Below, piece by piece: positions 63,942 through 64,000 of a DNA stretch of 64,000 nucleotides. Each line of letters begins with the position of its first letter. The stretch's first letter is position 1. The DNA comes from Deltaproteobacteria bacterium. GTDB taxonomy: Bacteria > Desulfobacterota > Desulfobacteria > Desulfobacterales > GCA-2748835. The stretch lies in assembly GCA_002748835.1 (NCBI GenBank), contig PDTL01000013.1, positions 140,510 to 204,509 on the forward strand. Direction: 5' to 3'. The notes below the pieces were generated by a model that was not told where the DNA came from, did not search any database, and saw only the letters and a program-made list of their open reading frames with translations. A program made the translations under genes and the position numbers.

Positions 63942-64000
63942 ATGGGTCAGGTGATGAAGTCAGATCCCTCAGACCGTCATGATTCGGCTTTCGCATCGTC

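Overview
The window holds about 51 kb of ordinary, conserved chromosome from a Gram-negative, sigma-54-rich bacterium. Gene content suggests a Desulfobacterota-like organism, but that is inference only. A 13.2 kb integrative island interrupts it. Core genes run leuB | island | tRNA-Leu(GAG)-secG-tpiA-gap, rimI, then the rpoN cluster (PTS-Ntr EIIA, rapZ, ptsN, hpf, rpoN, lptB, lptA, lptC, kdsC, kdsA). They continue with an M23 peptidase, lepB, pyrB, pyrC, an NtrC-type regulator, a 952-aa HEAT/cNMP/PilZ protein, purB, dinB, yhhQ, tatD, tcdA, a diguanylate cyclase and a chemoreceptor. The rest are ndk, lepA, nadC, valS, rsmE, tRNA-Phe, dus and a class III PHA synthase locus (phaE-phaC-phaJ). The accessory region (about 1186-14437) lies between ~70-bp imperfect direct repeats that include the 3' end of tRNA-Leu. 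All its genes point the same way. It has a nucleotidyltransferase-fold two-gene module, a structured non-coding region, two ORFans, an excisionase-like HTH protein and a primase/polymerase-helicase gene with an iteron array in its 3' end. These are followed by a Zn-ribbon/J-like protein, an HNH endonuclease, TerS, TerL, a small Com-like zinc-ribbon ORF, a fused prohead protease-major capsid gene, a portal and a tyrosine integrase. There are no tail, head-completion, lysis or repressor genes. I read it as a capsid-forming phage-satellite-like element (cf-PICI-like), or less likely a heavily reduced prophage. Two of its key genes carry lesions: a frame change at a G6 run in the primase-helicase and an in-frame TAG in TerL. 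Outside the island, the main item is an IscA/HesB-like gene with an in-frame TGA at the conserved Cys position, a probable selenoprotein that ordinary ORF calling truncates. No CRISPR array, rRNA or transposase was seen.
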